Below are positions 31,208 to 42,738 of a stretch of 64,000 bases of DNA, one piece after another. How positions within the stretch are numbered: position 1 is the first letter of the stretch; every line of letters begins with the position of its first letter. The DNA comes from Calditrichia bacterium (lineage in GTDB: Bacteria > Calditrichota > Calditrichia > JAJRVZ01): contig CAVXXB010000006.1 in assembly GCA_963765585.1 (NCBI GenBank), positions 68,007 through 132,006 on the forward strand. Reading direction: 5' to 3'. Below the pieces are notes generated by a model that was not told the DNA's origin, made no database searches, and saw only the letters and a program-made list of their open reading frames with translations. A program made the translations under genes and the position numbers.

Positions 31208-33651
31208 TTATTCTACCATCCATTCATATACACCGAGAATTTGCTCATTTTTGGCGGTGGCCTCCAGGCGGATGGCATTGGTGCGGACGGTTTCGAACTC
31301 AACCAGGTTAAATTCCCCTGGTCTGGTGCCATACTCCTGCTCGGTAAAGACCCGAACCCATTTATCATTTGATTTATAAACCACTTTCCAGGAATCGGGT
31401 ATTTGGCATTTCTGATCCGAGACCCAGGAGACTGCAACCGCTGACAGCTCTTCCCGGTTTGGAAAATTGTATTCAACCCAGTAAATGCCAGATGTATCCG
31501 CAGACCAGGTAAAATAATCAGGTTTTACATTATTTGGCTTGGATAGTGATAACTGATCATTCAAAGCATTGGGATTTTCTCCTGCAGAGTATTTTATCAT
31601 CGCATTCATTGAAATTGGTGGAGAATTAACAGGCTCTGCAGCCGATGCCTCATCGGCCAGCCAGACACTCATGGCACCCTTACCCCTGTGTGCCCAGGCA
31701 TAATACGGGACCAATTTTATTTCCTGAACCGATTCAATTAAGTTCTGATTATCCGGATCATAATCCAGGGCTTTGACCTGACCCGAGATCATCTGAATTC
31801 CGTTTAGCAGCTCGGGATGAAATTCAGAATGAAAGCTGGTCGTATCATTTAAAACCAGATTCGTTATCTTTCCCTGATTATTATCAACTGACTCGGCACA
31901 AAAAACAATCGGACCTCTTTGCAGTGCTATTTTATTGATATTTGTTTCCACTTCTTCATTGGTTACAATTTTTCTCACCGGCATTGGTAATTTCAGATTA
32001 ATGATATCATCCTTTTTCCATTTTCTCCGGAACGCTGCGTATCCATTAACCAAGGTATAGTCTACATTTTCCCCATTAATCGTGATTAAAATTCTGCGTG
32101 ACTCTTTTTTTAAGTATTTATACAGATCTCCGGGAACCGGTTCGTTTTGCGCCCATCCTGGTATGCGAATATTTAATGTGAAAAAACAGGGCGTATCGGG
32201 ATTCAGGGAAATATTGATATCTCCTTCCCATGGATATTTGGTTTTTTGCGATATGCCAATTCTGGTGTTATCTACAATCAGTTCTGCGTCATTGTCTACA
32301 AATAAATTAATATAAGCCGCCGCCGGTGCAGTAGCATATATATAACCCGGCAATGAAGCCATGAATCGCGTAATATTCCCAGGGCAACAGGCACAGCGAA
32401 ACCAAGAACTTCTCTGGTCATGTCCTTTGGATTGCAGCACATTTGGATAAAAAAATTGTGTGCCGTCAAGTGAAATTCCGGATAATAATGCATTATACAT
32501 GGTTCGTTCCATCACATCAATATATTTTGCATCACCATTTAGCTGAAACATGCGATGATTCCAGAATACATTGGCCACCGAAGCACAGGTCTCATCATAT
32601 GCACTGAGATTTGGCAGATCGTACTCCGGACCAAATGCTCTCACCATAAGCTTACCGAACCGAGACCGCCGGTGATATGCATTTTTTTATCGACCACGTT
32701 TTCCCAGAGCAGATCAAGTGGACTTTGATAAGTATCATCGGATGTGAGAATAGTAATATCCGCCATGGCCGAATACATGTAAGCGGCACGCACCGCATGG
32801 CCTACGGCTTCAGTCTGTTCACTCACCGGTTTATGATCCTGCCAGTATGATCCATTTTGCCACATATCCATACTGGAAGGATCATATTTTTTATGCCCTC
32901 TCTGCTTTAGAAAAAAATCGGCCAGATCCAGATACATAGATTCACCAGTTACCTTGTATAGTTTGACCAGGCCCAATTCTATTTCCTGGTGTCCGGGAGG
33001 CTCCTCTATCTTTCCCGGTCCAAATTCATTTACAATCAGATCAGCATTCTTTATGGCAACGTCCAGTAACTTTCGCTTACCGGTGGCCTGAAAATATGCG
33101 ACCGCCGCTTCATAAAGATGCCCGGCACAGTATAGTTCGTGTCCCGAACTGACATCCGACCATCTTTCTGCTGTACCGGACCAGCTACTCGGTGGTTTGT
33201 TGGGATCTATGGTACGCCAGGTCATAAGATATCCATCATCTTCCTGAGCCGCAGCAATAATATCAATCAGGCTGTCCACATAGGATTCCAGTACCGGGTC
33301 AGGATAAGTTTGAAAAGAATACGCGGTACCCTCAATAATTTTATAGACATCACTGTCATTGAAAGGATAAACACCCTGATATTCACCTGTTTTTAAACCT
33401 GCTGCAATTTCAAAGTTTTGTATGCGGCCGGTATTTTCACACATCTTAAATGAATGCGGAATGGTTACCTGCTGGTTTGTTTTGATGCGTGGACCCCAGA
33501 AATTGTCGGTGATTTTTACTTTGGTAAATGAGACCGGGGTAATCCTCTGTTCTGTGTTGTTAAGGGAACAGGAGGCAAATATTACCAGTAGTAGCAAAAT
33601 GTAATAGGGATGATTCATTTTTTTATCCTGGATTTGTTTGTTAGGGTTCAT
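31208..33651 (-). CDS. Glycoside hydrolase family 127 (DUF1680, beta-L-arabinofuranosidase-like), frameshifted near 32640..32670
   Basis: N-terminal ORF: signal peptide plus the DUF1680 N-domain, ending …HITGGLGS. C-terminal ORF: …FGPEYDLPN…CCPGN… The frames differ by one nucleotide in ggtaagcttatgg. Confidence 0.7.
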
Positions 33652-33661
33652 ATTGCTTTAA

Positions 33662-35011
33662 CCGCAAAGATCACCAAGAGGATGCCAAGAACGCAAAGAA
33701 ATTATCATTTAACTCTTTTTAGGTGTTATAATAATTATGCAATTTGTCACCCTGAATTTATTTCAGGGTCTTTTAAGTTCAATTCAGAAATAATTTCTTT
33801 ATATATTAATTCTAAAGAAGTGATCTCTTTAATATTATATAAATCGAATTTATCTTTGCGGTATCTTGACAGTTCAAATAAGAGCAGTTGAAAATGTCTT
33901 ATAGTTGGATGATACTTTTGAAGGGCATAATCAACTATATAGTTTACTAGATGACTTTTTTAAACATCATAAAGATGAAACTTTGTTTTCAGAAGTAGAA
34001 AGTAAAGGAGGGTTAGAAAATAACTGGCTGGATATGTTTAAAAGTTTATATGATATAATGAATATAAAATAAAGAAGGATAAAAAAAGTAGGGAAAAAGG
34101 AGTTGCACAGGGCTTCATTAAAGTGTAACAGTGATGATGAAATAAGTGAGAAATAAATAGAAGAATACATAATTAATTAAAAGAGAAGGTGGATAAAAAA
34201 GTGATGATATATATACATATTTAAGGAAACAATGGAATATGATAGAGATATATAAAAAGAAAAAGATACAACTGCTCAATAAATTAAGTATCATTTAGTA
34301 TACTTAGATGAAGTTATTGGTTAAATACTGCAAAAATGGTGTGAGAAAATGGCTTTTACTTTTGTTAAGTAAATACTCATCAGCATCAAAACTAATAAGG
34401 ACAAAAGAAAGAACTCTGGATAAAATAACAAATATATATTATAAAAGAGCTCAGGAGATAGTCACAGATGACAGAGAACACATTGGTGCGGATGATGATG
34501 AGGCAATCAGTTTTATCATATGGTACACAGTAGAACAGATTTTGCAACTCAAGGGCAAGATCGAAACGCATAAACAGTTTATGATTAAACGTTGTGTCCT
34601 ACCGGAAGTAGATTTATTGCAATCTTTTACCGGAATCGGGATCTATTCTGTGATTGGTCTTGTGCTGAATGTCGTATCAGTTGACCGGTTCCCATCGGCA
34701 AAACATCTGGCATCTTATTTTGGCGTTCACCCTGTTTATAAGACCAGCGGCGATGGATCCGGCACATTTCGCATGAGTAAGAAGGGTCGCTCTGCTCCCA
34801 GAACAATCCTTTATATGGTTGCACGAACGAGCATCGCCCATAATCCACTGATAAAAGAAGTGTATGCAAAGACGAGAAGGAGACACAAAGGACGCCGAGA
34901 AATTAGTACTGTAAAGACCCTGATATAAATTCATGGGTGACCTTTATGGTATCGTTCAGGAAATATGATTCATAGACTAATAAATTGATTTTATCTCTGT
35001 GTACTCTGTGG
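33662..35011. mobile_element. TTAA-flanked TIR element (~1.35 kb) with an AT-rich, decayed interior and a 5'-truncated IS110-family transposase gene
   Basis: Left TTAA|CCGCAAAGATCACCAAGAGG. Right CTCTGTGTACTCTGTGG|TTAA. The interior is far more AT-rich than the flanks. Confidence 0.5.
34308..34928 (+). pseudogene. IS110-family transposase, C-terminal (Transposase_20) portion only. The N-terminal DEDD catalytic domain is missing.
   Basis: LLQSFTGIGIYSVIGLVLNVVSVDRFPSAKHLASYFGVHPVYKTSGDGSG…RMSKKGRSAPRTILYMVARTSIAHNP matches the conserved IS110/IS116/IS902 C-terminal domain. No DEDD domain upstream. Confidence 0.6.
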
Positions 35012-35019
35012 TTAAATTA

Positions 35020-36780
35020 CTAATAACCGATGGCACATCCATCTTTCCTCGAATCAGAACCACCAAAGTAACGTCTGGGTTCTTCCCGGCGCCAAATGCC
35101 CTGATAGCCGCCAAATGTGCCGTAGGACTTCAATACTTTATGCCCCATATCCGTCAGTTTTTGTCTGACCTCATCCCCAATAAACCGCTCAAAAATTACC
35201 TCCCCGCCATCTTTCATTATTCCTCCCATTGGAGTTGAACTTTCATAGTGGGCAATTCGTGGAAATTCCCCGGCCTGTTGCGGTGACATACCATAGTCTA
35301 TCAAATTCATTAATACCTGGGAATGGCCTTGCGGCTGAAAATCACCTCCCATGACACCAAATGAAAATACCGGTTTTTCATTCTGTGTGACAAATGCCGG
35401 AATGATTGTGTGGAACGGGCGCTTGTGCGGCTCCAGCCGGTTTCTGTGTGAATCGTCCAGGGCAAAAAGTTGACCGCGATTTTGTATGGCAAATCCCAGA
35501 CCATCCGGTACCATGCGAGATCCAAATGAGTAATAGACACTCTGAATCAGAGAAACCATATTGCCTTCGCTATCTGCTGCGGTCAGATAAACAGTGTCAG
35601 ATTTTCCCGGGCTGCCCGGTGTAACTGAAACGGATGCCTTTAGCGGATCAATCAACTCAGATCTTTTTTTGCCGTATTCCTTTGATATAAGCCATTCCAC
35701 CGGAACCTCGGCAAAATCCATATCAGCATAGTAAACCGCCCGGTCTTCAAAGGCCAGTTTTTTGGCTTCCAGAAATAAGTGTAACTGTTCTGCCGAATTT
35801 GGTTTTAGCGACGCAATATCAAAATTTTCCAGAATATTCAGGATTTGCAAGGCTGCAATACCCTGACCGTTGGGTGGTAGTTCCCAGACATCGTATCCCC
35901 GATAGTTCGAACTGACCGGCTCCACCCAGGATACTGAATGCTCGCGAAAATCCCGCAAGGAAAATCTTCCACCGTTTTCTTTTGAGTATTGGACGATCCG
36001 GTCTGCAATTTCACCCTGATAAAAACTTCCGGCACCTTCCGCTGCGATTTTCTCAAAAAACGAGGCCATATCGGGGTTTTGAAAGATATCTCCAAACTGC
36101 GGTACCTGACCATCCGGTGCATAGACGGCAGCCAGTGATGGGTAATTCTTAAAATCAATGCCGTTCCAGGCACGTGCGATCACCGGGGATACAGGGAAAC
36201 CATCACGTGCATAATTTATCGCGGATCCGAATAATTCTTTAAAGGCAAGTTTACCAAATTTTTTACTCAGGGCATCCCAACCGCTGACACATCCCGGCAC
36301 ACTCCAGGAAAGCGGTCCAAAAGTCGGGATTTCCTTTAGATTCATTTTTTTGGCTTCATCCAGCGACCAGTCAAAGGGTGACCTTCCACTGGCATTCAAT
36401 CCATATAATTTTTTTTCCTTTTCAATCCATACGATGGCGAACAAATCTCCACCCGGTCCGCAGCTCATGGGTTCTACAACACTCAACGCTGCATTGGCTG
36501 CGATAGCGGCATCAATCGCATTGCCGCCTGCTCGCAGAACATCAATTCCTGTGATCGTAGCCAGTGGTTGACTGGTGCAGACCATACCATTGCTACTCAC
36601 GACCGTTGAACGATTCTGATTTCTATATTGCAGATCTTCTTTATCAATCATCATCGATTCCTTGTTTATAATGCCACCCTGATTTTGTCCAAATGCGTTT
36701 TGACTAAAAAGTAAACCGGTTATGCTGCCACTGCCGGCAAATTTTAAAAATGATCTGCGTTTCATGATTTTGATCCTCAT
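35020..36780 (-). CDS. ggt: Gamma-glutamyltranspeptidase (secreted)
   Basis: 586 aa. Signal peptide MKRRSFLKFAGSGSITGLLFSQNAFG. GGT family motifs. Autoprocessing region …SDTVYLTAADSEGNMVSL…. Confidence 0.8.
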   Translation of the reverse strand: MRIKIMKRRSFLKFAGSGSITGLLFSQNAFGQNQGGIINKESMMIDKEDLQYRNQNRSTVVSSNGMVCTSQPLATITGIDVLRAGGNAIDAAIAANAALSVVEPMSCGPGGDLFAIVWIEKEKKLYGLNASGRSPFDWSLDEAKKMNLKEIPTFGPLSWSVPGCVSGWDALSKKFGKLAFKELFGSAINYARDGFPVSPVIARAWNGIDFKNYPSLAAVYAPDGQVPQFGDIFQNPDMASFFEKIAAEGAGSFYQGEIADRIVQYSKENGGRFSLRDFREHSVSWVEPVSSNYRGYDVWELPPNGQGIAALQILNILENFDIASLKPNSAEQLHLFLEAKKLAFEDRAVYYADMDFAEVPVEWLISKEYGKKRSELIDPLKASVSVTPGSPGKSDTVYLTAADSEGNMVSLIQSVYYSFGSRMVPDGLGFAIQNRGQLFALDDSHRNRLEPHKRPFHTIIPAFVTQNEKPVFSFGVMGGDFQPQGHSQVLMNLIDYGMSPQQAGEFPRIAHYESSTPMGGIMKDGGEVIFERFIGDEVRQKLTDMGHKVLKSYGTFGGYQGIWRREEPRRYFGGSDSRKDGCAIGY

Positions 36781-36954
36781 ATTTTGTCATCCCGAACTTG
36801 TTTCGGGATCTATTGGGAATTACAAATGTGAAGATAATGGAAAAAAGGAAAAGAGGCAAAGGGGGAAAAAGGAATAAGGAAAAAGGATCAAGGTGCAAGG
36901 AAGGCAACACGGGCTTCAAGGCGCCAGGCTCAGGAACAGGAATCAGGTTTTCGG

Positions 36955-37135
36955 GTAGTAGTCATCCTGGGTGCTGTTTCTTGAATCGTGTCCCATGTCA
37001 TTCCGCAGGAATCTTCCCGACGTGTGGGCATGTATTTAACCCCTTCGGGGTTAGGGGGTGTGGATGTATCTTCCACCGTGGGCTACGCCCACGGCTAGAA
37101 TTGTTTAGCCCCTACGGGGCTCTTTATTAACGGTA
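36955..37135. repeat. Single inverted-orientation copy of the hairpin block of the ~256-bp structured repeat
   Basis: …GTCATTCCGCAGGAATCTTCCCG…TTTAACCCCTTCGGGGTTAGG…CCACCGTGGGCTACGCCCACGGCTAGAATTGTTTAGCCCCTACGGGGCTCTTT, the reverse complement of the unit seen at 4640..4760. Confidence 0.8.
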
Positions 37136-37353
37136 GTTTGTTCTAATTTCGCAGCAGCATTTTCTTGATTTGTCATACTGAATGGTCATTTCAACCACTG
37201 CTAAATCTTCTCATAATACCTTTAAGTTGAGCCTATAACCGGGTATCATGCATTCAAAAAACACAACCCCCTGGCCCCCTTTTTTAAGGGGGAAATATTT
37301 CATTCTGCAACCAGTACCGAGTGCCGAGCGCCGAGTATCTAGTGTCGAGCCAC

Positions 37354-37557
37354 TCACACACTCATAAAGCATTCCCTGCCTGATTGACACATATCCGGTC
37401 GCACCAGATCATTGTCCGGACCGACCGCATTAGCGGTTTTTAAACACTTGTACTGGGCAGTATGTATCCGCGAATCCCCTTCTTCATTGTGCAACATGCC
37501 GGGATAACGCGGACCTTCCTTCATGATCATGGTACAAAATTTTATATTATTATCCAT
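37354..37557 (-). CDS. Small hypothetical protein (67 aa, 4 Cys) with a good Shine-Dalgarno sequence
   Basis: GGAGATAAATT precedes the ATG on the minus strand. No recognisable family. Downstream of the Mo-hydroxylase operon. Confidence 0.3.
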   Translation of the reverse strand: MDNNIKFCTMIMKEGPRYPGMLHNEEGDSRIHTAQYKCLKTANAVGPDNDLVRPDMCQSGRECFMSV

Positions 37558-37597
37558 AATTTATCTCCATTTTCAGATTAAACGAATTGAATATTAA

Positions 37598-37783
37598 CCA
37601 CAGAGGCCACAGAGATAGAAGACAGGTTTTATAGAATCAGGAATTTGTAATTAGTAATTTGTTAATGGTCTCTGGTTACAGGTCATCTATATTTTTAATA
37701 CTTATGTGAAGTTGTCAATTTAAAATTGAAAATTCATAATTTATAATTTATAATTGCATTTTTATGCTCTGTGGTCTCTGTGG
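37598..37783. mobile_element. Empty MITE (~186 bp) of the same TIR family, flanked by TTAA on both sides
   Basis: TTAA|CCACAGAGGCCACAGAGATAG … GCTCTGTGGTCTCTGTGG|TTAA. 18-bp near-perfect TIRs. No ORF inside. Confidence 0.65.
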
Positions 37784-37823
37784 TTAAATTTTAATATCTC
37801 CTAATGCAATTTTATACATAACT

Positions 37824-38795
37824 CTAAGAACTAATGAGTTCATTCACCGCCCGGCTGATCAGGTTTTTTGCCAGCAATACTTTGTAGGCATTCTGATCAA
37901 GCGGATCCGCACTCTGCATTTCTGCCTTCCCTGCTTCGTCAAGTAATTGATCGTCGATGGTTTTTCCTTCCAGCACCTGCTCCGCTTTTTTTGCTCGCCA
38001 GGGCGCCGGCGCCACACCACCAAGAACAATGCGTAAATCTGACATCGTTTTGCCATTCACCTTTGCAGCTACGGCCACACTGACGATGGCAAAATCAATT
38101 GAATTACGTTCACGAAATTTTACATAATGGGATTTCAATGAATTATTCGGAATTTGTACCTCTGTCAATAATTCGTCCGGCTTGAGAATGGTTTCATTAT
38201 AGGGATCCGTTTCCGGTAAGACAAAGAAGTTCCCGATATCTTCTGTTCGTGGTCCTTTTTGCGATTGGATAACCACCTTGGCATCGAGTGCCAGCAGCAT
38301 GGGGGCCAGATCAGACGGATGTACTATATAACAGGGATCACCGCCCATAATGGCATGATATTTATTTTCACCGGAAACCGCATAGCAAACATCTCCCCCT
38401 TTACGGAGGCAATCAAAATGACGGCTACGATAGTACCAGCAGCGCGGGCGCTGACACAGGTTACCACCCACAGTACCCATATTCCGTAATTGAATCGTAC
38501 CGATGGACGTAACGGCTTCATATAGTCCGGTATTTTTTTGGACTGCCTTATGTTCCACCATATCAATCAATTTTGTAGTTGCCCCGATCTGCAAACCGGA
38601 TGATGATGACTTTATGTAGCTGAGATCTTCCAGAAATTTAATATTGATTACTTGCTCCGGTTTGTGTATACCTTCTTTCATTCTGGCAAGTGCATCGGTA
38701 CCACCGGCGTATAACATTGATTTGCCAGCGGTTTTTTTAAGGATTGCCGGCACGCTCTCTACTGTTTTGGGATAAATATATTCGAAATTTTTCAT
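37824..38795 (-). CDS. Molybdenum hydroxylase (xanthine dehydrogenase/CO dehydrogenase family) FAD-binding medium subunit
   Basis: 323 aa. FAD_binding_5-type motifs (AGGTDAL…, GTVGGNL). Sits after the large subunit. Confidence 0.75.
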   Translation of the reverse strand: MKNFEYIYPKTVESVPAILKKTAGKSMLYAGGTDALARMKEGIHKPEQVINIKFLEDLSYIKSSSSGLQIGATTKLIDMVEHKAVQKNTGLYEAVTSIGTIQLRNMGTVGGNLCQRPRCWYYRSRHFDCLRKGGDVCYAVSGENKYHAIMGGDPCYIVHPSDLAPMLLALDAKVVIQSQKGPRTEDIGNFFVLPETDPYNETILKPDELLTEVQIPNNSLKSHYVKFRERNSIDFAIVSVAVAAKVNGKTMSDLRIVLGGVAPAPWRAKKAEQVLEGKTIDDQLLDEAGKAEMQSADPLDQNAYKVLLAKNLISRAVNELISS

Positions 38796-40909
38796 GACCG
38801 GCCCTCCTCTTTTTTCGCAATGGCCATCAATACTTTGTCCGGTGTGATCGGTAATTCGTAGACTCTGGCACCGGTAGCATTGGCAATCGCATTGGCAATT
38901 GCCCCTATACCCGGTATGGCAGGCGGTTCACCCAATCCGATAACACCCCGGTGAGATTCATCCATCATAGTTACGTCAAATTCCGGCATTTCAAGAGCGC
39001 CTGGAATCTTATAGTTCTCCATATCAGCGGTTACAATTACACCTTTTTCCTGATCAAAAAGTCTGTTTTCATATAAGGTATAACCTACTTCACCAATTAT
39101 GGCACCCTGAACCTGATTTTTTGCGGTTAATTGATTTAATACCAGACCACAATCCTGCACGGCGGTCATCTTTAAGACCTTAACTTCGCCGGTCTCTGTA
39201 TCCACCTCAACTTCAGCAAACTGGCATCCTGCAGTTCCATGAGTTGACAATCCCTCTCCCCATGACTCCAGTTCGCTTATGGGCTGGCCATCCAGTATAG
39301 CGCAGACTTCTTTCCATGGCACTTTGTTTTCTTTCGCACCCTGTACAATTGCCTGACCGTCTGCAAGTGATATTTTATCCTTTGTTACGTCATAATGGCT
39401 GGCTAATTTGGTGATCAATTTTTCTTTTGCTTTCTCCGCTGCCAGCTTAATGGCTGGAGAAATAGAAGGTGCTGTGGTACTTCCGCCACTGGCCGGGGCA
39501 AAAGGGTAATCACTTTCACCAATAAGCGGAGTAATCTGAGATATATCCAGGGATAATTCCTCAGCTACGATACCTGCCACAATGCTGCGCGTACCGACGC
39601 CGATATCCTGAGTACCAATTTTCACTTCAACTGTACTATCGGGATAGATACTCACAATCGCCTTGGTATCATCATTTCCCCCGCCTCCCCAGCGGCCGGC
39701 TCCGACACCCAGACCTCTTTTTTTAGTACCATTTCCGGATCCGGATGGTTTTCTTTTATCCCAACCGGCTTTTTCCGCACCAATTTTAAATTCCTTTTGC
39801 CGGGTTTGATTGGGGTCATTTTTTTGTCGCAAAACCAGAGGATCCATGCCCAGTTTTTCTGCCAGTTCATCCATGAGTGATTCCATGGCAAAATTAGCCG
39901 TAGGATGTCCCGGAGCACGCATGGGTCCGGCATTGGTGGAATTGATATGAATATCTTTATGCGAAACCTTATAATTGGGAATTGAATACACGTAGGGCTG
40001 CGGTACACCGGCGCCACCACCAATACCGCCACTACCATATGAATCCATTTCAAAAGCAGTCAACGTACCATCTTTTTTGGCGCCAATTTTTAATTTTTGC
40101 ACCGAAGACGGACGAAATGGTGTGGCAAAATATTCTTCTTCACGGTCCAGCATTAATTTTACCGGAACCCCGGCCTTCTTCGCCAGTTTTGCAGCCACAA
40201 AATTATAACTCTTAGGACCAAATTTACTGCCAAATCCACCCCCCATATGATGGGTGATCACATGAACTTTATTTTCCGGCATATCAAAATGTCTGGCCAA
40301 TCCGCCGCGTGTACCATGTACACCCTGGGTGGAATCCCAAACATACAGTTCATCACCTTCCCATTTTGCCACGCAACCATGGGTCTCAAGCGAGTTATGA
40401 TGCTGCACCCGGATTTTGTAAGTGCGCTCGACGACTACATCGGCCTGACGAAAACCTTTTTTTACATCTCCTTCTTGCTCAGTTTCATCTTCACCAATAT
40501 TGTCATCCCGTTTTTGAAACACTTTGGGCGCATTTTTTGCCATGGCCTGTTCTTCCACCACACTAAAAGGCAGTACCTCATACTCAACTTCAAATAAGTC
40601 CAGAGCATCCTGGGCATGTTGTTCGGTTTCGGCAGCAACAGCGGCCACTTCATCTCCCACAAACAACACTTCATCCTTTATATCAGTCAGCACCGTTTTT
40701 ACGCATTCGGCTTTTAATACCTTAGTGGCATCAATGTTTTTTATCTTTGCATGGGGATGGGGGCTACGTAAAATCCGGCCATACAGCATACCTGGGAGTT
40801 TAATATCATAGGTATATTTTGCCCTGCCTGTAACTTTTTCAATACCATCCACACGGGTAAATGATTTACCAATATATTTTGAATCAGATATTTTTTTCCA
40901 TTTTGCCAT
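38792..40909 (-). CDS. Molybdenum hydroxylase large (molybdopterin-binding) subunit
   Basis: 705 aa. Aldehyde oxidase/xanthine dehydrogenase a/b hammerhead and MoCo-binding motifs (…GGGFGSK…, GEPPAIPGIGAIANAI). Confidence 0.8.
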   Translation of the reverse strand: MAKWKKISDSKYIGKSFTRVDGIEKVTGRAKYTYDIKLPGMLYGRILRSPHPHAKIKNIDATKVLKAECVKTVLTDIKDEVLFVGDEVAAVAAETEQHAQDALDLFEVEYEVLPFSVVEEQAMAKNAPKVFQKRDDNIGEDETEQEGDVKKGFRQADVVVERTYKIRVQHHNSLETHGCVAKWEGDELYVWDSTQGVHGTRGGLARHFDMPENKVHVITHHMGGGFGSKFGPKSYNFVAAKLAKKAGVPVKLMLDREEEYFATPFRPSSVQKLKIGAKKDGTLTAFEMDSYGSGGIGGGAGVPQPYVYSIPNYKVSHKDIHINSTNAGPMRAPGHPTANFAMESLMDELAEKLGMDPLVLRQKNDPNQTRQKEFKIGAEKAGWDKRKPSGSGNGTKKRGLGVGAGRWGGGGNDDTKAIVSIYPDSTVEVKIGTQDIGVGTRSIVAGIVAEELSLDISQITPLIGESDYPFAPASGGSTTAPSISPAIKLAAEKAKEKLITKLASHYDVTKDKISLADGQAIVQGAKENKVPWKEVCAILDGQPISELESWGEGLSTHGTAGCQFAEVEVDTETGEVKVLKMTAVQDCGLVLNQLTAKNQVQGAIIGEVGYTLYENRLFDQEKGVIVTADMENYKIPGALEMPEFDVTMMDESHRGVIGLGEPPAIPGIGAIANAIANATGARVYELPITPDKVLMAIAKKEEGRS

Positions 40910-40913
40910 GCCC

Positions 40914-41543
40914 CTACCCTCCGTTTCTCATTTTTTGTGCCGCTTCTTCCACTGCGGTAAAAATATTGGGATAGGTGCCGCACCGGCACAGATTTCCCGA
41001 GACACCATGTTTTATATCTTCCAGTTTGGCATCCGGATTCTTTTTCAGCATATCAACGCTGGACATGATAAAACCCGGCGTACAAAATCCGCACTGCAAG
41101 GCATCATGTTTTACAAAACTTTCCTGAACCGGATGCAGATCATCACCATCTGCTAAACCTTCGATCGTTTCCAGATCCGCACCATCGGCATCAATCGCCA
41201 GCATGCTGCACGCCAGCACCGTCCGGCCATTCATTATAATAGTGCACGCACCACATTGACCACGATTACATACCCGTTTTGTCCCGGTATAATCCAGTTC
41301 ATCACGGAGGGCATCCAGCAAAGTGATTCTAGGTTCCACCTTAATGGTTTGACTTTTTCCATTCACTGAGAAGCTCACCGCTACTTTTTCCGGTCCGCAT
41401 ACAGCAGATCCCTGCGGTCCTTCCTTTTCGGTTTTGCATGCAGAGACGGTGGAAATCAGCGTAGCTGTGCCAAGCACACCGCCACCAACTCCCTTGAGAA
41501 ATTTTCGTCTCGACAGGCCTGAATTTTGGTTGTCTTTAGACAT
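40914..41543 (-). CDS. Molybdenum hydroxylase small [2Fe-2S] subunit with a twin-arginine (TAT) signal peptide
   Basis: SRRKFLKGVGGGVLGTATLISTVSA, then plant-type and 4-helix 2Fe-2S motifs (CNRGQCGACT…CGFCTPG). Probable start MSKDNQ at 41543. Exported, implying a periplasmic enzyme. Confidence 0.75.
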   Translation of the reverse strand: MSKDNQNSGLSRRKFLKGVGGGVLGTATLISTVSACKTEKEGPQGSAVCGPEKVAVSFSVNGKSQTIKVEPRITLLDALRDELDYTGTKRVCNRGQCGACTIIMNGRTVLACSMLAIDADGADLETIEGLADGDDLHPVQESFVKHDALQCGFCTPGFIMSSVDMLKKNPDAKLEDIKHGVSGNLCRCGTYPNIFTAVEEAAQKMRNGG

Positions 41544-42036
41544 TGGATATCTCCAATTTTTATAATGATTTTTATTTGATTGAAAGAATAAGTCCCTCAG
41601 CACCTGAGTCCCTGAGTCCCTGGGAGTAGAAGTGAAAAAGAGACAGAGCGACAAAGATACAAAGTCAATAATTGATTAAATTAAAAAATCCCGAAAGGAT
41701 TCAACAATTACAGGTTACGGAAGTTTATTTCCATGTTCAATAAAAATATTTAGAAAATTTATTTTTTAGATTTGAAGTAGTTTGATTTGCATGAAGTCCC
41801 TGAGTTCCTAAGTCCCTAAGCATAGATTTTAGTACCAAGTTTTAAGAATATTATTTCAATAGAAAGATACTCATTATAGATTAAAGGAGTCTCTTTTTAG
41901 TAGCATTTCGCTGCAGATCATTTTTATGCTCAGGGACTCAGGGACTCAGGCGCTGAGGGACTATTCTATTTAAAATAAGGGTTCCACTTGCAATAATTAT
42001 CCCAAATTCTGATATTATCCAAAACCCGGAAATACT

Positions 42037-42738
42037 ATGGAATTCAAAGACAGACTTTTTCTTTTACTAAGCGGTATTTTCCTAACGGCACTGGTAATGG
42101 GCAATATTATCGGAACCACCAAATTCGTGAATGTATTTGGTTTAATCGTTCCGGCCGGTGTACTTGCCTATCCTTTTACATTTTTAGCCACAGATCTGAT
42201 TTGCGAGTTATATGGCAAGAAGAGAGCCCAGACTCTGGTTTGGATTGGATTTATCCTCAATTTCTTCATGTTAGGAATAATGACACTTGGGCATATACTG
42301 CCTGATGCATCTGGTGTGTCGGGTGCCGCCTCGGTGTTTGAAGAGGTATATGAATTCATGGTGGCCAATGTAATCGCATCTATGATTGCTTATCTGACGG
42401 CTCAAACAGTTGATGTACATCTGTTTCATTTTTGGAAGAAGCTGACCAAGGGAAAACATTTGTGGCTGCGCAACAATGCATCAACGATATTCAGTCAGTT
42501 GGTAGATACAACAGCAATACTGAGTATTTTATATATTGCCAATAACCTGGGACCGGATATCAATACTGTTGGCCGTTTAATTGAATTAATATATGCATCC
42601 TACTTGTTCAAATTCTTTTTTGCCCTGTTTGACACACCTCTATTTTACCTGGGAGTATATTTTCTGAAGGACAGAGTGCATGACGATCCCGATGAAAAGG
42701 GATGGGGAAATCAAAGTTTTAAGGAAGAAGCGCTGTAA
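42037..42738 (+). CDS. yhhQ: Queuosine-precursor transporter YhhQ (DUF165/VUT family)
   Basis: 233-aa polytopic membrane protein. The conserved N-terminus …LLLSGIFLTALVMGNIIGTTKF…AYPFTFLATDLICELYG is typical of YhhQ. Confidence 0.7.
   Translation: MEFKDRLFLLLSGIFLTALVMGNIIGTTKFVNVFGLIVPAGVLAYPFTFLATDLICELYGKKRAQTLVWIGFILNFFMLGIMTLGHILPDASGVSGAASVFEEVYEFMVANVIASMIAYLTAQTVDVHLFHFWKKLTKGKHLWLRNNASTIFSQLVDTTAILSILYIANNLGPDINTVGRLIELIYASYLFKFFFALFDTPLFYLGVYFLKDRVHDDPDEKGWGNQSFKEEAL

Noticed and set aside
34308-34928. Calling an intact IS110 insertion sequence
   Set aside because: Only the C-terminal domain is encoded. No DEDD catalytic domain exists in any frame of the AT-rich upstream region. 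It is a remnant.
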